This document shows, piece after piece, positions 13,425 through 26,000 of a stretch of DNA of 64,000 nt (its first letter is position 1; each line of letters opens with the position of its first letter). A model generated the notes under the pieces. It saw only the letters and a list, made by a program, of their open reading frames with translations. It searched no databases and had not been told where the DNA came from. A program made the position numbers and the translations under genes. Origin of the DNA: Magallana gigas (lineage: Eukaryota); NCBI RefSeq assembly GCF_963853765.1, contig NC_088858.1, positions 4,340,001-4,404,000 on the forward strand. The letters are read 5' to 3'.

Positions 13425-16400
13425 ATGGGTGTCACAGGACTACTCCCCTTTTTGAAGAAGATCCATGTCCCTGTGAATGTGGCCAAGTTTGAGGGCTGCA
13501 CTGTAGCCATTGATGCCTACTGCTGGCTCCACAAAGGAGCTTTCTCATGTGCTGAAAAGTTAGCCCTCGGAGAACCTACAGACCAGTACTTAAACCTTAG
13601 ATTTATCATTGAATTTTTAAAGAATAAATTAAAACCTTTGGGTTTTATACATTTAATCAATATTTCTGTATAAAGTATTAAAGATTGTTATTCCTTGCAA
13701 GCGTTTCAACACAGCTTAAATCATCCTACTTTGATCATTATTGTTTTATCCTTCAAAATCATTATAAGATAAACATCTAAGTTCAGTGTTGCCTAGTACA
13801 AGAACAAGTACATGTACTTGAGATTTTCACCAGATGAGGCTTTGTTACTTTGATTTAGATATGTCTACTACTGCATGAAGTATGTGGAGATGCTTTTAAA
13901 AAAGAACCTTAAACCAGTGCTAGTATTTGATGGCTGTCATCTTCCCTCCAAGAAAGATGTTGAGAAGTCAAGGAGAGAGTGAGTTTATACATTGTAATGT
14001 TTTTTCTGTTGATACCATGCTGTGTTAAATGAAATCTTAACGACATATGTTACACAAACTCCTAAATGTATGTGTAAACTCTTCTTCAGAAAGCGGGAAA
14101 TCAACAAGAAGAAGGCTGCCCAGTTACTGCGTGAAGGTAAAAGGGCAGAGGCCAGGGAATGCCTCCAGAGATGTATCGACATCAGCCCAGACATGGCACT
14201 CAATCTTATGAATGTAAGTACCAATCTCTGCATGTTGTGGTTGATATGAGTCCTTCTTAAAACATACTGAGACTGGTTTGTTGTCTATTGAAGGCCTGTC
14301 GAGCAAGAGGTGTGGACTGTATTGTGGCTCCTTATGAGGCGGATGCTCAGTTGGCCTACCTAAATAAATGTGGCATTGCTCAGCTCATTATAACAGAGGA
14401 TTCAGATCTGCTGCTGTTTGGATGTGACAAGGTACATGTATTACCTGTTAAAATTTATTATTATTATATACACAATTATCCTGTTTTATAATGTTCAGAT
14501 TCTGAATGAAATTTGTTTCTTGTACTTTTAATGTAAAAGTTGTTCCATGCCAAAATATGTACAATCTCTCTCTGGTTCCAATTGGCCTCTTTTTTAGGCA
14601 AACAGATGTTCTTGGAGAGCACTTTACATGTATACCGGTACTGTAAAAGTGAACTTTTGTTAAATTGACAGTGAAATAAAATAGGACTTGATAATTTACA
14701 GGTGATATTTAAGATGGACCACTTTGGAAATGGTGTTTTGATAGAGCAGAGTCGGCTAAATGAAGTGATGGAGATACAGAGTGGCTTCTACACATTTGAA
14801 AAGTTCCGCTACATGTGTATACTCTCTGGTTGTGATTATCTCTCCTCTCTCCAAGGCATCGGGTTAGGAAAAGCTGCCAAAGTCTTCAAACGTGCAAGAC
14901 AGTCTGAACTGAAACTGGTAAATCTTGTCATCAATTCAGACTGTTAATCCTGTCAGTGATTTTAATTTGTAAAAAAAGACAGTGTTATAATGTAATTTGA
15001 TTGGATACTTGTTTTATTTACTATACTTAAAAAAAATATGATGCAAATCACATATGATCCAGTAATATGTTACATATAATGTATATCATGTGGTGCTTTG
15101 GTATGGAACTTGTATCCTTTTGGTACTTTTGTCAATCATTTTGAGGAAAGAAAACATCTTAGGCCTAAGAAAAAAAAGTGTTTGTTTCCCTTTTTATCCG
15201 ATTTGGAAAAAAAATTACTCAAAATTTTGGTCACAAAAACGCTTGAAGCAGTTACTCTTCTCAAATCAGTGTAACTCAAACGTTTTGTTTCAAAATTGCT
15301 GTATGTTTCCATGTGTTGTAGATTTTAATAATGCTCTCATCGTTGGCAGAGGAAGTATCTGATATATAATATCATTTTTGTGTTTTCTTAAGACCAGCTT
15401 AATAGTCAGGAATGATATTAAAAGTATTTGTCATTTTATACCATTCAGCAGTGTCAGTATCTAACCGGCATGTAGGATACTGCAATATTAAAGGGAAAAA
15501 AAATATTTGAAAAAAAAAAAAAAAATTCCGGCCGACCGACCCTACTTTTTTTCAGCATGAAAGCGGAAACAAACCATTTTTTTTGTTAGGCCTTATGTCA
15601 TTTTTCTTTAGTTTGCAGGTCGATACCTTAGTAAATGAATCATTCTTATGTTTCTGTATAGTTATTAAAGAAATTTCCGAGTACCTACCTGAACATGTCC
15701 CTAGCAGTCCCAGATGAGTATATTGATGGCTTCATTCGAGCTAACAATACATTTCTCTATCAACTGGTGTATGATCCTTTACAAAGGAGGCTTCGTCCCT
15801 TGAATTCATATGAAGAAGGTTTGAATGCACAGCAGTTACCTTACGCAGGAGCGTATCCTTTCATGCTATAGTATTTAATATGTATTTTGCAATCACTTGT
15901 ATTAAAGGAACAATTACTTTACAGCATATTTTTATTTTAATATGAATGCCACCTTGGGCCACATATAAAAGATTAATGCATGAATTTCCTTAATGTGAAT
16001 AAGAATGATTCCTCAAGATGAAGCATACCAGATAGCCCTTGGGAACATCAATATTTACACCAGGGAAAAATTTGCTGACTTTGATCCAGACACTTATGTT
16101 GTAAATATAAATTCAATATGTTATTTTTACTTATATTTGTTTTAACTAGATTTTGAATTGAATAGCAGGAACACATGGTGTAATCACCTGTTATCTGGTC
16201 ATCACTGGCTTCCATCCCTCTCTCCTTCTATTGTAACAATTTGAAAGACTCTTCTTAACTTGAACACATTGTTCATTTGAATTTTCAAGGAGTTGATTTT
16301 GGTATGGGTTTTTATTTGACGACTTTTAGTTTAGTTTAAAAGAGAAATTGTTTATTTTTTGCTACAGTTATAGATATTAAGGTGATGTATTGATGACTTT

Positions 16401-19221
16401 CTGTGTTAGTGTTTTCTTAAGCATGGGTCATTTCAAACCCATGGACAAAAAATCTCACAATAATGATGAGTGGTTTTTGATATGTAGCCTCCTAAAGCTA
16501 GTAAGAAAAGGCCTGAGCAGCTACACAGATTAAGCATTTGGGACAGAAACTATCGAACCCGTCCCAAGACTGAGCTAAGAGAAGTGCAAAATATTCCCAG
16601 ACCAAGTTTACATGGAAAAGAGGTCATTGTGAAAAAAACCTTCCAAGTAAAGAGACCTCCTGCAGGTAATTTTAGATTACAGAAATTATAATGAGATGCA
16701 AAATATTTTACAAACATGACAATCAGAATTTTTATAAATAATTTTGGGGGTTTCTTTTCAGAAGATGATAAGAATGTTAAGTCTGACAATGAGTTGTCCA
16801 AACTTTACCAGGAAGAGAATGATGAGAATTCGTCCTCCCCGTCATCACCCAAGAAAAGGCGGCGATCCTCGGGTGACTCGGAGGAGGATCTCCCAAAAAG
16901 TCCTGTCAAGAAGTTCAGGAAACTGTACATGTCGCCCAGTAAGGTCCAGTTTTTTGATTCCCTGAAAGACGCTGACCAGGAAGTGTGTGATCAGTCTCCA
17001 TCCAAAGTCCAAGACCAAAGTGAGCAGGTCTCTGAATCTCCACCAGAATGTCTCAAACCATCTCCAAAACGCAACAGGTTTGCTGTTCTGAGTGAAGGGA
17101 AGCAGGAAAAATTCAGCATCAATACCTCCAAGAGCATTGTTAGAAGCAGGTGCAGTGTTTATAAGTGTAACAGTACTCACAGTGAAATTACTTTAAGCAG
17201 AGTTTAATTTACTGTATTCATATATGCATGAGTAAAAGGAATCTCAATATTTTGTAGATTTTTTGCCTCTTCAGTAGAAGGCTCTGAAAATTCCACAGAG
17301 AAAAAGCTTGAAGAATATGGCAGCAAAAACCCGGAAGTCGATAAAGAAAAAGAAAGAAATAAGGAAAAAGAAGAAAAACTTGATGAGTCAAAATTTTCAA
17401 CATCAAATGAGTTAGGATCAACCTCTGAAACTAGTCCGCCTAATCCTGTCCATCCAAAAACCAAGTCCTCTCCTGGCTCAGCCTTTACATGGTCCAAATT
17501 TAAATACTCAAAAACGAGCAATGTAACAAGTTCAAAAACAGGCAAAGTGAACTCAGATTACAAGAAAGTGGGATCTGAATCTTGTCTTTCCAATTACTTT
17601 TTGTCCAAATCTAGGGATGTTGATTCTTTTGTACCGTCATCCACAAGCCAGCTCAAGCCTGTGAAGAGTTGTGATGACATTGGTGATGTTGAGGATTCGG
17701 TGAGCCAGTCCAGCTATGTCCAAGAGACATTAAGTCAGGCAAGCTCTGTGTCTTACAGCCAAGAGAGCGGGGCCTACAGCATCGATCTGGAATGTCTGCC
17801 AGACAGTCAGGAGATACAGACTATATCTGAGGAATATGTAGCACAGACAGAGTCTGTCTCCAGACAAACAAAGCCAATACAGGTACATGAATATACATGT
17901 AATACCTTGTATATACAATGTTTTATATACAGGTTTTTATCTCTTTCCAATGACAAGGATTTTAAGCAAAAATAATTGAACACAAAGACATTGGATATGA
18001 TACTTTCTGTAATTTTAATTTTCAGGAATCAAAGAAAAATCCCCCAGGTAAGTAAAAATAGTTGAATTTTTGTAAAGTTGTCTGTTTTAAGCTCCTTTTC
18101 CAATTTCATTTCAAATGTCACGCTAAATTTGTAATATATACGGTATATTAAAGGCAATGTGTAAATTAGATGATTACAATAATTTATACAATTTTCTTAT
18201 CTTTCTTTACTACATGTATATGTTCTGGTATATACATTTACAAGTAAACTGTTACCATGTGCAAGTAAAACTTGCATATAGCATCCAAGTTTGACCAATT
18301 TTTTATTTTCCTTAATCTTAGAAGAGGAGACTGCCATACTCCTTTTATGAAATACATGTATCTTTATATTTCAGCCACTAAAAAGTTAGGATGCAGAGCA
18401 AGTGGTTTATCCAAAAATAAGAAAGGGAAAGGCTCTTCAGATGACAAGCAACAGAGTATAAAAGATCTATTTTCTAAGTTTGCCTTTAACAAAAGGTAAG
18501 CTTTCTAGTAAATTTAGTACATACATAGAAGAAAACACATTGAATCCTATGATCATATATCTTTTAACATCAGTGCCACTCCCTGTGATGTAGAACTTGT
18601 TGATTTGCACAAAACACTGTGTACTATGTTTTCATCAATATTTGTTGAATACCAATTTTTGTGGATTTTGTTGTTGAATTAATGTTCGTTTAAGTTCAAT
18701 TTTAAATGATTTACATGTTTTGTCATTTACTATGCATACGGGTTGATTTTGCCCTGTTATTTAAGAAATAAAATCTAAGTTTTCGTGAATGTTGCAGAAT
18801 AACCTCCAAGGTGGAGAACTGTTGTTTTGAAATACACAAGCCAAAACTTTTATATTTCAAACAATATTTCGAGACCTAACTGTACACTGTAAACTAATAA
18901 TCTATCAGTCTCTTTTTCTTTAATATATTATTAGATAAATTGTACAATGAACCGAAACAATAAATAATTGTCAGTGTTCTGTCACTTGCTACATTTGTAC
19001 TTAATAGTACGATAATTATCATAAATCTCCCCACTGTTTCATGCTGCAGCTGTCAGTTTGTTTCTCCTAAACAAAGCTACAAAATGTAATGTCCAGTTCC
19101 TATAAACTGTTTCAGAGAGGAGAAACTTTGTCCAGGAGGAGACCAGGATGTGGAGTTGGTATCCTTTACACCATCAAACAAGCCATGTACAAAAGCAGTG
19201 CAACGGAAACTTTTACCATAA
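13425..19221 (+). CDS. EXO1: Exonuclease 1 (XPG/RAD2 family), ~828 aa, 13 coding exons
   Basis: Exons 13425-13585, 13859-13978, 14090-14213, 14294-14431, 14702-14917, 15662-15852, 16004-16100, 16488-16665, 16762-17149, 17258-17882, 18026-18047 and 18375-18495, then 19116-19221 (alternative last exon 18798-18879). Motifs [60 protein letters not shown] and a C-terminal PIP-like QQSIKDLF. The choice of last exon is uncertain. Confidence 0.95.
15853..16003 (+). other. U12-type (minor spliceosome) GT-AG intron in EXO1
   Basis: 5' site GTATCCTTT at 15853; branch point TTCCTTAAT at 15986-15994, about 10 nt before the AG (16002-16003); no polypyrimidine tract. Splicing keeps the frame ([20 protein letters not shown]). 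Confidence 0.9.
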
Positions 19222-19381
19222 AATCTCTTCAACTGTAGCACAAAAGCAGTGCAACATAATCTTTTACCATCGAAATCTCTCGACAGTAGCACAAAAGTAG
19301 TGCAATGGAAACTTTTACCATGGAAATCTCTGCAACAGTAGCCCAACAAGAAACATATCATAGAACCTCTGCAACTGTAGC
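19189..19381 (+). repeat. 51-52-bp tandem repeat, ~3.7 copies, overlapping the EXO1 stop codon
   Basis: Units ACAAAAG(C/T)AGTGCAA..CTTTTACCAT..AAATCTCT..AC(T/A)GTAGC start at 19189, 19240 and 19291, with a degenerate unit at 19343. Confidence 0.85.
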
Positions 19382-20267
19382 ATTCCTGATTGACAGTGCT
19401 AGTCATTGATTGACAATGTCTTGTGTTTAGCATTCTTTATAAAATACACAAACATTTTGTACCACAAATAATAAAAGCCAACCTTTTGTTTATAAAGTCT
19501 GTTGGTTTTTTTTTTAAAGATAATAAACTTCTCTGATCTTTCCAAAGAAGAGACAATAACAAACACTGTCAAAATAGGTTGGATGTCTTTAGATAAACTA
19601 ATTTCAGTATAGCCTCTCCACATGTTGCATATAATTGGTTCTTGGTAGTTTCCAAACTCCTGAAACTCTTTAAATACCTGTAATTGAAGTTCTGGCACAC
19701 CCAATCTCTGGTTGCTGGTTCAAATCTTACTACCTCAAATTTATTGTATTACATATGATGGTTGTTAAAAAATTTGCTGGACAAAAGTTTAGAGTACTGT
19801 AAAGTAAATAACTGATTCACAACTTTTTGTTATGACAATTACAAGAGCAACAAGAATTGCTATTACTTTAAGTGAAACCCAAAATAAGAATTTAATACGA
19901 GTTCCAGGTGGAATAGTACATAACCAACCAAATTATTCAACACCAGATATAAAATAGTAGGGCCCTTTGAGTGGGGGGGGGGGGGGGCAAAAAGTAAATA
20001 TAATAATAGGAAAAATCTTTTTAAAATCTTCCGAGTTCATTTCATTACCATAAAACTAATATATTATACTCAGTTGTGATGTCACAGGAGAGGTGCAAAA
20101 TTCAATAAAGGAATGTATATATTTTTCAAGAATTTCAATATTTTATTGTGTATACAAAAAAAATAACACCATAGCATGTAAATACTGTTTAGAATCTTTT
20201 TCTTTCAAATAGTGCTACCCACTCGCCCCCATTCTCCATTGATATTCATGAAAGTGTTTTATTCACA

Positions 20268-20592
20268 TACAGTACCTATCAGACCCAACCTAACAGAAAG
20301 TAAACCCCAACTAAACCTTGGGTTTACTTTCTGGGTTTACTAGAGGAATTACAGGCAGTAGGATGATAAGATAAAATACTAGTCTGCTTCACACTTCAGT
20401 GCATACAGTTGACCTCAAAAGCAATTTCAAAGTAATCCCCGAGTGGACCCAAATTTTCAAAAAGTAAACCCAGAGTAAACAAAAAGTAAACCCTGGGGTT
20501 AAGTTGGGGTTTACTCTGGTGTTAGATTGGGTCTGATCGGTACTGTAGTTGGGGTTTACTCTGGTGTTAGATTGGGTCTGATCGGTACTGTA
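20268..20592. mobile_element. MITE with a tandemly duplicated right terminus
   Basis: Left TACAGTACCTATCAGACCCAA; right TTGGGTCTGATCGGTACTGTA ending at 20547. The last 45 bp are repeated exactly at 20548-20592. Internal AGTAAACCC/GGGTTTACT subrepeats. Confidence 0.75.
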
Positions 20593-22135
20593 TCACCCAA
20601 ATTAGATGCAAGCTAAATAACTGACTAACTTGTACTTAAATCTTTCCAACAAACATTTTGCTAGTTAAGGTGATCGAGGTTCAAATTATTCAATCCCTTT
20701 ACGGCCACCTCACTGAACCTCAACAAAACAAAGAAATCCAACACAAAACTCATTGTTGTGTTTTTTAATTCATGAAATGCAATAATTGGAAAATATTAGA
20801 CATGTAAAATTAATTAAATTTATGGCAAAAAATCTGAACATAGTCTGAATTTTAATAATCATGTGGTAAGATTAAGAAAATTCAATTTTCGTACCGGGGT
20901 ATCTTAGAATATGTAAATTGGTATACATTTGTATACCATGTACATGTATATATATCTATATATTAGCTGATAAAGACTAGGGTAAATATATGCATTGCAC
21001 TATTCATTCTACAGCTTGATGCAAGGATACATTTGTACATTTAATAAAAGTTCCAATGCTTTAATCCTGAAATTAGAAATTGTAGCCCTATTACCATGTA
21101 GTCCATGAATGTCACAATATACTGAATATGCATATTATTACTTCATACCGAATATGCAAAAATATAACTACAGCTGTAAATGTTTACTGATAGCTGTACA
21201 ATCATGTATAAACAGCTTCTGGATAGAGGAAAAAGAAGTTAGTAGAGAGATGAACAAAGTGAATAATCAGATCAATGATTCACAGCCAAAATATATGTTA
21301 TTTATGTACCATTTTGTGTCATCGTTTTCACAGACTGAAGTCTAAACATGACTTTCACAGTGAGGTAAATATTTGAACCTAAATCAATCTTGTCAATTGT
21401 AATTTCAACTTATCCTGGAGCAAAACATTTTGTTAGAAATTGTCTGACCAGTGGAGCCGTCCTGTAACCATTCATTTCTTAACCGTCCTTCTTGTCTCCC
21501 TATACATCACCTCCAGACAAAAATAAAATGTACATGTTCCTGGTAAAAGACAAACAAAATCTAAAAGAGCAAATTATTTTCTATTTTTTGTATTTTTTTT
21601 TAATTGAAAACACACAACCCATCGGTAGATGAGTATAAATCAAAGTATGGACTCAAAATATAAGAACACACGTGGGTGTCTGAACCAGAAAATGTTTAGT
21701 GAATACTGTACATTAAGAACTTTATCTTGAGAAATCTGGAATGTCAAGACGGTATCTTATGTCATTCACAAAAATCCTGCGTAATATAAGTATGGCAAGA
21801 ATATAAATAATAAAAAAAAACAGGTTCCCCTGACATGAAACATCAACAAGCGATGTGATATAAAACATGAAAGACAAAAAAGACATAATGCTCTAGTATT
21901 TGTGTGTACACTTTATCAACTGTGTTGGGCTAATTTAGAAAACATGTATTAACAAAATTAAGCAACTGCTAACAATCATACAGAGAGAGAGAGGGGGAAC
22001 ATTTTTATAGTTATTCATGCACAGATCTGAGAGTGAAGGTCTGGGTCCAGAATCCCCCCATTTCTTGAAAATACAAATTTCTTAAATTTACTGAAAAAAT
22101 GCTTTTCTGGATCTGTGCATTTAAGTAATACATGT

Positions 22136-22140
<5 letters not shown>

Positions 22141-22174
<34 letters not shown>
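22141..22174. repeat. (CT)n microsatellite
   Basis: 17 CT units. Confidence 0.95.
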
Positions 22175-22178
<4 letters not shown>

Positions 22179-22746
22179 GCCGGCCGACATCTCTCTAAAC
22201 GTCTGTAACAAAGCTTGGTGATTAAAGCCTGCTTATAATACAAAGCAAAGACTAGACCTTGTATCACTGGTCCTATGAACTGATATTGCTGTAAATGGAC
22301 CACCCCTGTAGTCTGCAAAAATATTCAAATTTATATAGAAGAGAATCTGGTAAAGAGAGAGATCCCTACAGCTCTGGCTGTAAGCGTAAATAATACTGGA
22401 GTATAATTAGGGTTTATCGGACGTGGAGGATTGATTGTTATCTGTGAGATCCAATAATTAAAACTTGCGGATATGCATCAATCAAAAAGTCATGCATAAC
22501 GGGCATGATACAAAGTGATTATAAGAAATGATATAGATCTGTGTATACAATAATAAACTGATCTAATTGTACACTACAATTGTAATTCAATTTACCTAGA
22601 CTTTTTTACTAGTTTTGTTTAATTTTTTATTAATAAGCAAATTTAAACAAAAGCTAAAAGCTCAAAGCATAAATGTGCATGTTGGTACATACTTTAGAAT
22701 TTGCAAAATGCAAAATAAAGTTACCCACTTAAAACATCACAAACAA

Positions 22747-22968
22747 TACTGTGGAATCATTTGAATTCATGGGGGCCAATTTTCGTGGATTGTTTAAATT
22801 TACAGGTTCGAGGGGATGTAATTTTGTGTTTTATCGTACATCTAAAAAAAGAAATATGACTTAACAATCATAATTTAGTAATTCGTGGAAGATGTAAATT
22901 CGTGGACGAAAGGTACCCACGAATTCCACGAAAATTGAACCACCACGAAATCTAATGATTTCACAGTA
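22747..22968. mobile_element. ~220-bp TA-flanked MITE (TACTGTGGAATCATT...AATGATTCCACAGTA family)
   Basis: TIRs and internal TTTCGTGG/CCACGAAA repeats. Near-identical copies at 34488-34709 and 36764-36983. Confidence 0.85.
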
Positions 22969-23005
22969 TACTGATTGTTCCTCATCAATAAAGTATTCAC
23001 ATTAT

Positions 23006-26000
23006 TTAAAATATAAAACTTAGAAAAAATCCCAATATCCTGAAAACAGGAGAATATAAATAGTACCAGAAAAAAATAAATGAACACACGTGAAACAAGT
23101 AACACAAGCTTGCAACTATTACATCCATTTCTAAGTCTCGTCGCTCTATCCTGCTCATGTATCTCTTCTCTTCATCAGATTCATCAAGAGGCTTGCTCTT
23201 TGTGTAGAACTCCTGAAGGAAAACTTCTTTTTCTTGGTACCGTTTGTACATCCAGTTCGTCAGTCCCTCCCTGTCTGTAGGAACGTCACTCATAGGGTAC
23301 ACTCGGTAGTGAATTTGTACTTTACGCGGTGGCCAGTAACCAACAAACATCCCGTGGGAGTTGTAAGGTGTGGCCCCTGGGTACCCAACAGTCATGTCTA
23401 TTATCCACTTTAAGGTCTTTTGATTTGATTGGCTTTCTATAAAAGAATGAAACTACATTACAAACTTTTATTCATTAGCCACATGTACGTGTATGAGAGG
23501 TATCATAATATCCCTAAACATGATTTCTCCTGTCAGCTATTTAACAATACAATGGGTTTATACAGATACAGTACCAACCACACAACCAACACCAAAGCAG
23601 ACCTCAAAGGCTAACCTCGGGTCTGCTTTGTGTCTGATTTTAAAAAAAGTTGAAATAATAAATGCCACCCACCACTCCACCCGAGAAGTTTGTCTTTTTC
23701 ATAAAAAGAATATGAAGCATTGTGTAATTTGTCCTTCAAGTATTTTGATTCCATGCTTTCATGCAAAATTGTTATCACTTAAAACAAATCACATGTTCTT
23801 TTACCATATGAGGCAAACTCAAATCAATTCAAACTTGTTAATTCATTAACAAATGTACACTAATACCTCTAGCTATTCTATGCCATAGTCTTGTTAAAGA
23901 GGCATTCTCATAAGTATTGCTAAATGATGTTTTTGTTTTATAGAACATGAACATCAAATTTCACCTTGTGCACCTGGGCTCCCACCATTTGCGGTGGTCT
24001 GTGGGGTGAGGCTATCTTTATTAGCAGTAGTCTGTGGGGTGAGGTTATCTATGATGACCTTGAGGGCCCCTACACGGGGTAGTGTCACATGCTGCAGGAC
24101 TGGAAGCTGGTTTTTCTTTGCAAATCTGTGGAATTCAAACAAATACGTAGTTAATTATTGAAAATGCATCATATATTGAGACAGGCAGATGGAACAATGT
24201 ACCTAGAAATCAACGATTTTGAAATTTATGTAAAAACAAGATATCTGTGAGCCAATGCTCACTAGTGATACCCCCGCTCTGATGTGAATATGCAAAATAA
24301 GCAAAGTCGACATTTAACAGAAAGCTGGCATCCGATTGGTACAGAAATATATCCCACAATATGGCATGCCTAAACAAAAAGTGTGTAAAAATTTCAAGCA
24401 TATGCGATAAATAGCTGCTGAGAAATCTTTGACGAAAATTGTTTTAAGATTTTTGCTAAAAATAAACAAAGTCGTCATTTAACAGGAAGTTGATGTCTAA
24501 TTGATACAAAAATATATCCTAAATATGGCATGCCAAAATAAATAATGTGTTAAAATTTCAAGCATCTGCGATAAATAGTTGCTGAGAAATCTTTGACGGA
24601 AATTTGTTTCAAAATTTTGGCTAAAAATAAGCAAAGTCATCATTTAACAGGAAGTTAAAGTCCGATTGGTACAAAAATATATCCAACGATATGGCATGCC
24701 TTAACAAACACTGTGTAAAAATTTCAAGCATCTGCGATAAATAGTTGCTGAGATAAATGCGACAGAAATTTTTGTTACGGACGGACAGACAGACAGACAC
24801 ACAAGGGTAAAACAGTATACCCCCTCTCCTTCGGAGCGGGAGTATAATAACATTGGTGACGAATATCACTGTATTATGATATGTCCGGAATTGAAAGAAT
24901 ATAGACAATCTTATTTACCATCAATGTATTTTAGAAGACCAAATGCTTTCAAAGTTTTTGAATTATTTTCATGTAACAAATTAGCTGCTATTAATAACTT
25001 ATGTCAATTTATCAAATTGAATATTATAAATAAGAGAGTCAACTCTCCAGGTTTATGTGTACAGTATACACTCTTGCTTTTTGTATCATATTGTCTGTAT
25101 TGTATATTTTCTCTGTGTTGTATTATACAATATGAGAATAAATAAAATGAAAAATGAAATCAAATAAGATTTCAATTTAAAGAGAAAGTAATTGCCTGGC
25201 ACATGTTTTGCTATTTTATAAAGGAAACCTTTAAAAAGGAATGTTGTATGGAAGAAGCATACAAAACTGCTGTGTATTTGAAATCTTGTTTTAGAGTGAA
25301 GAAATTACACATCAAAGAAAAAACAAGCATTTTTTTAACCTTGTACATCTATCAGTTTATTCTTTGTCGGACATCAACAGCTGGCCATGACCAGTTTATC
25401 AGCATACACTGTGGAACCATTTTTATTCGTGAGGGTCAATGTTCTTAGATTTAGCCAAAATTTTCCTGGTTTGTGGGGACATAATTTTGTTGGTGGTGTA
25501 ATCAGGATGATTTTAATAAATATTAAACAAATGATTGTACATAAGTGCATGAGGATGTAAATTCGTGGACAAGGGTTACCCACAAAAGCCAGAAACATTG
25601 GTCCACCACGAACAATGATGATTCAATTCCACAGTACCCAACAATGGGGTTATTCGGTGATTATTTCCTGTATAATGACTTGAGTAAATGTGACAGAATC
25701 AAGGAGGAAAAAAAATTTAATCTATTCAAGATAACATACTAGAAAGCTTTAATAGATCAATTTGATATGAACATATTTTATTATCGTATGTAAATATATG
25801 ACATAAATGGATTAGGCAGCAGGCAATACCTATCTAAGCCTTCTCCATAAGCTAAAAAAATAGTAAGATTTTAAATGGTACGAACAGTTTAGATATTTTT
25901 TGTATTTGTTTGTATTCCTACACCAGAGTTCAATAAGAATGGTTAGCTGTCATTGACTACCAAAGTGCCATTTCTGCAGCGGTAGTGTTTGGAATCAAGG

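Noticed and set aside
19159-19167. GTATCCTTT (U12 donor consensus) inside the candidate EXO1 last exon
   Set aside because: No convincing U12 branch point with a correctly spaced acceptor downstream; likely coincidental coding sequence (V-S-F).
22121-22318. Minus-strand 65-aa ORF with a good acceptor (TTTTTGCAG) downstream of LPGAT1
   Set aside because: No recognisable homology, it runs into the (GA)n microsatellite, and there is no clear donor. Unsupported without RNA data.
23540-23620. Possible extra LPGAT1 exon
   Set aside because: The phase-1 junction 23965^23436 already gives a complete in-frame protein, so this segment is not needed.
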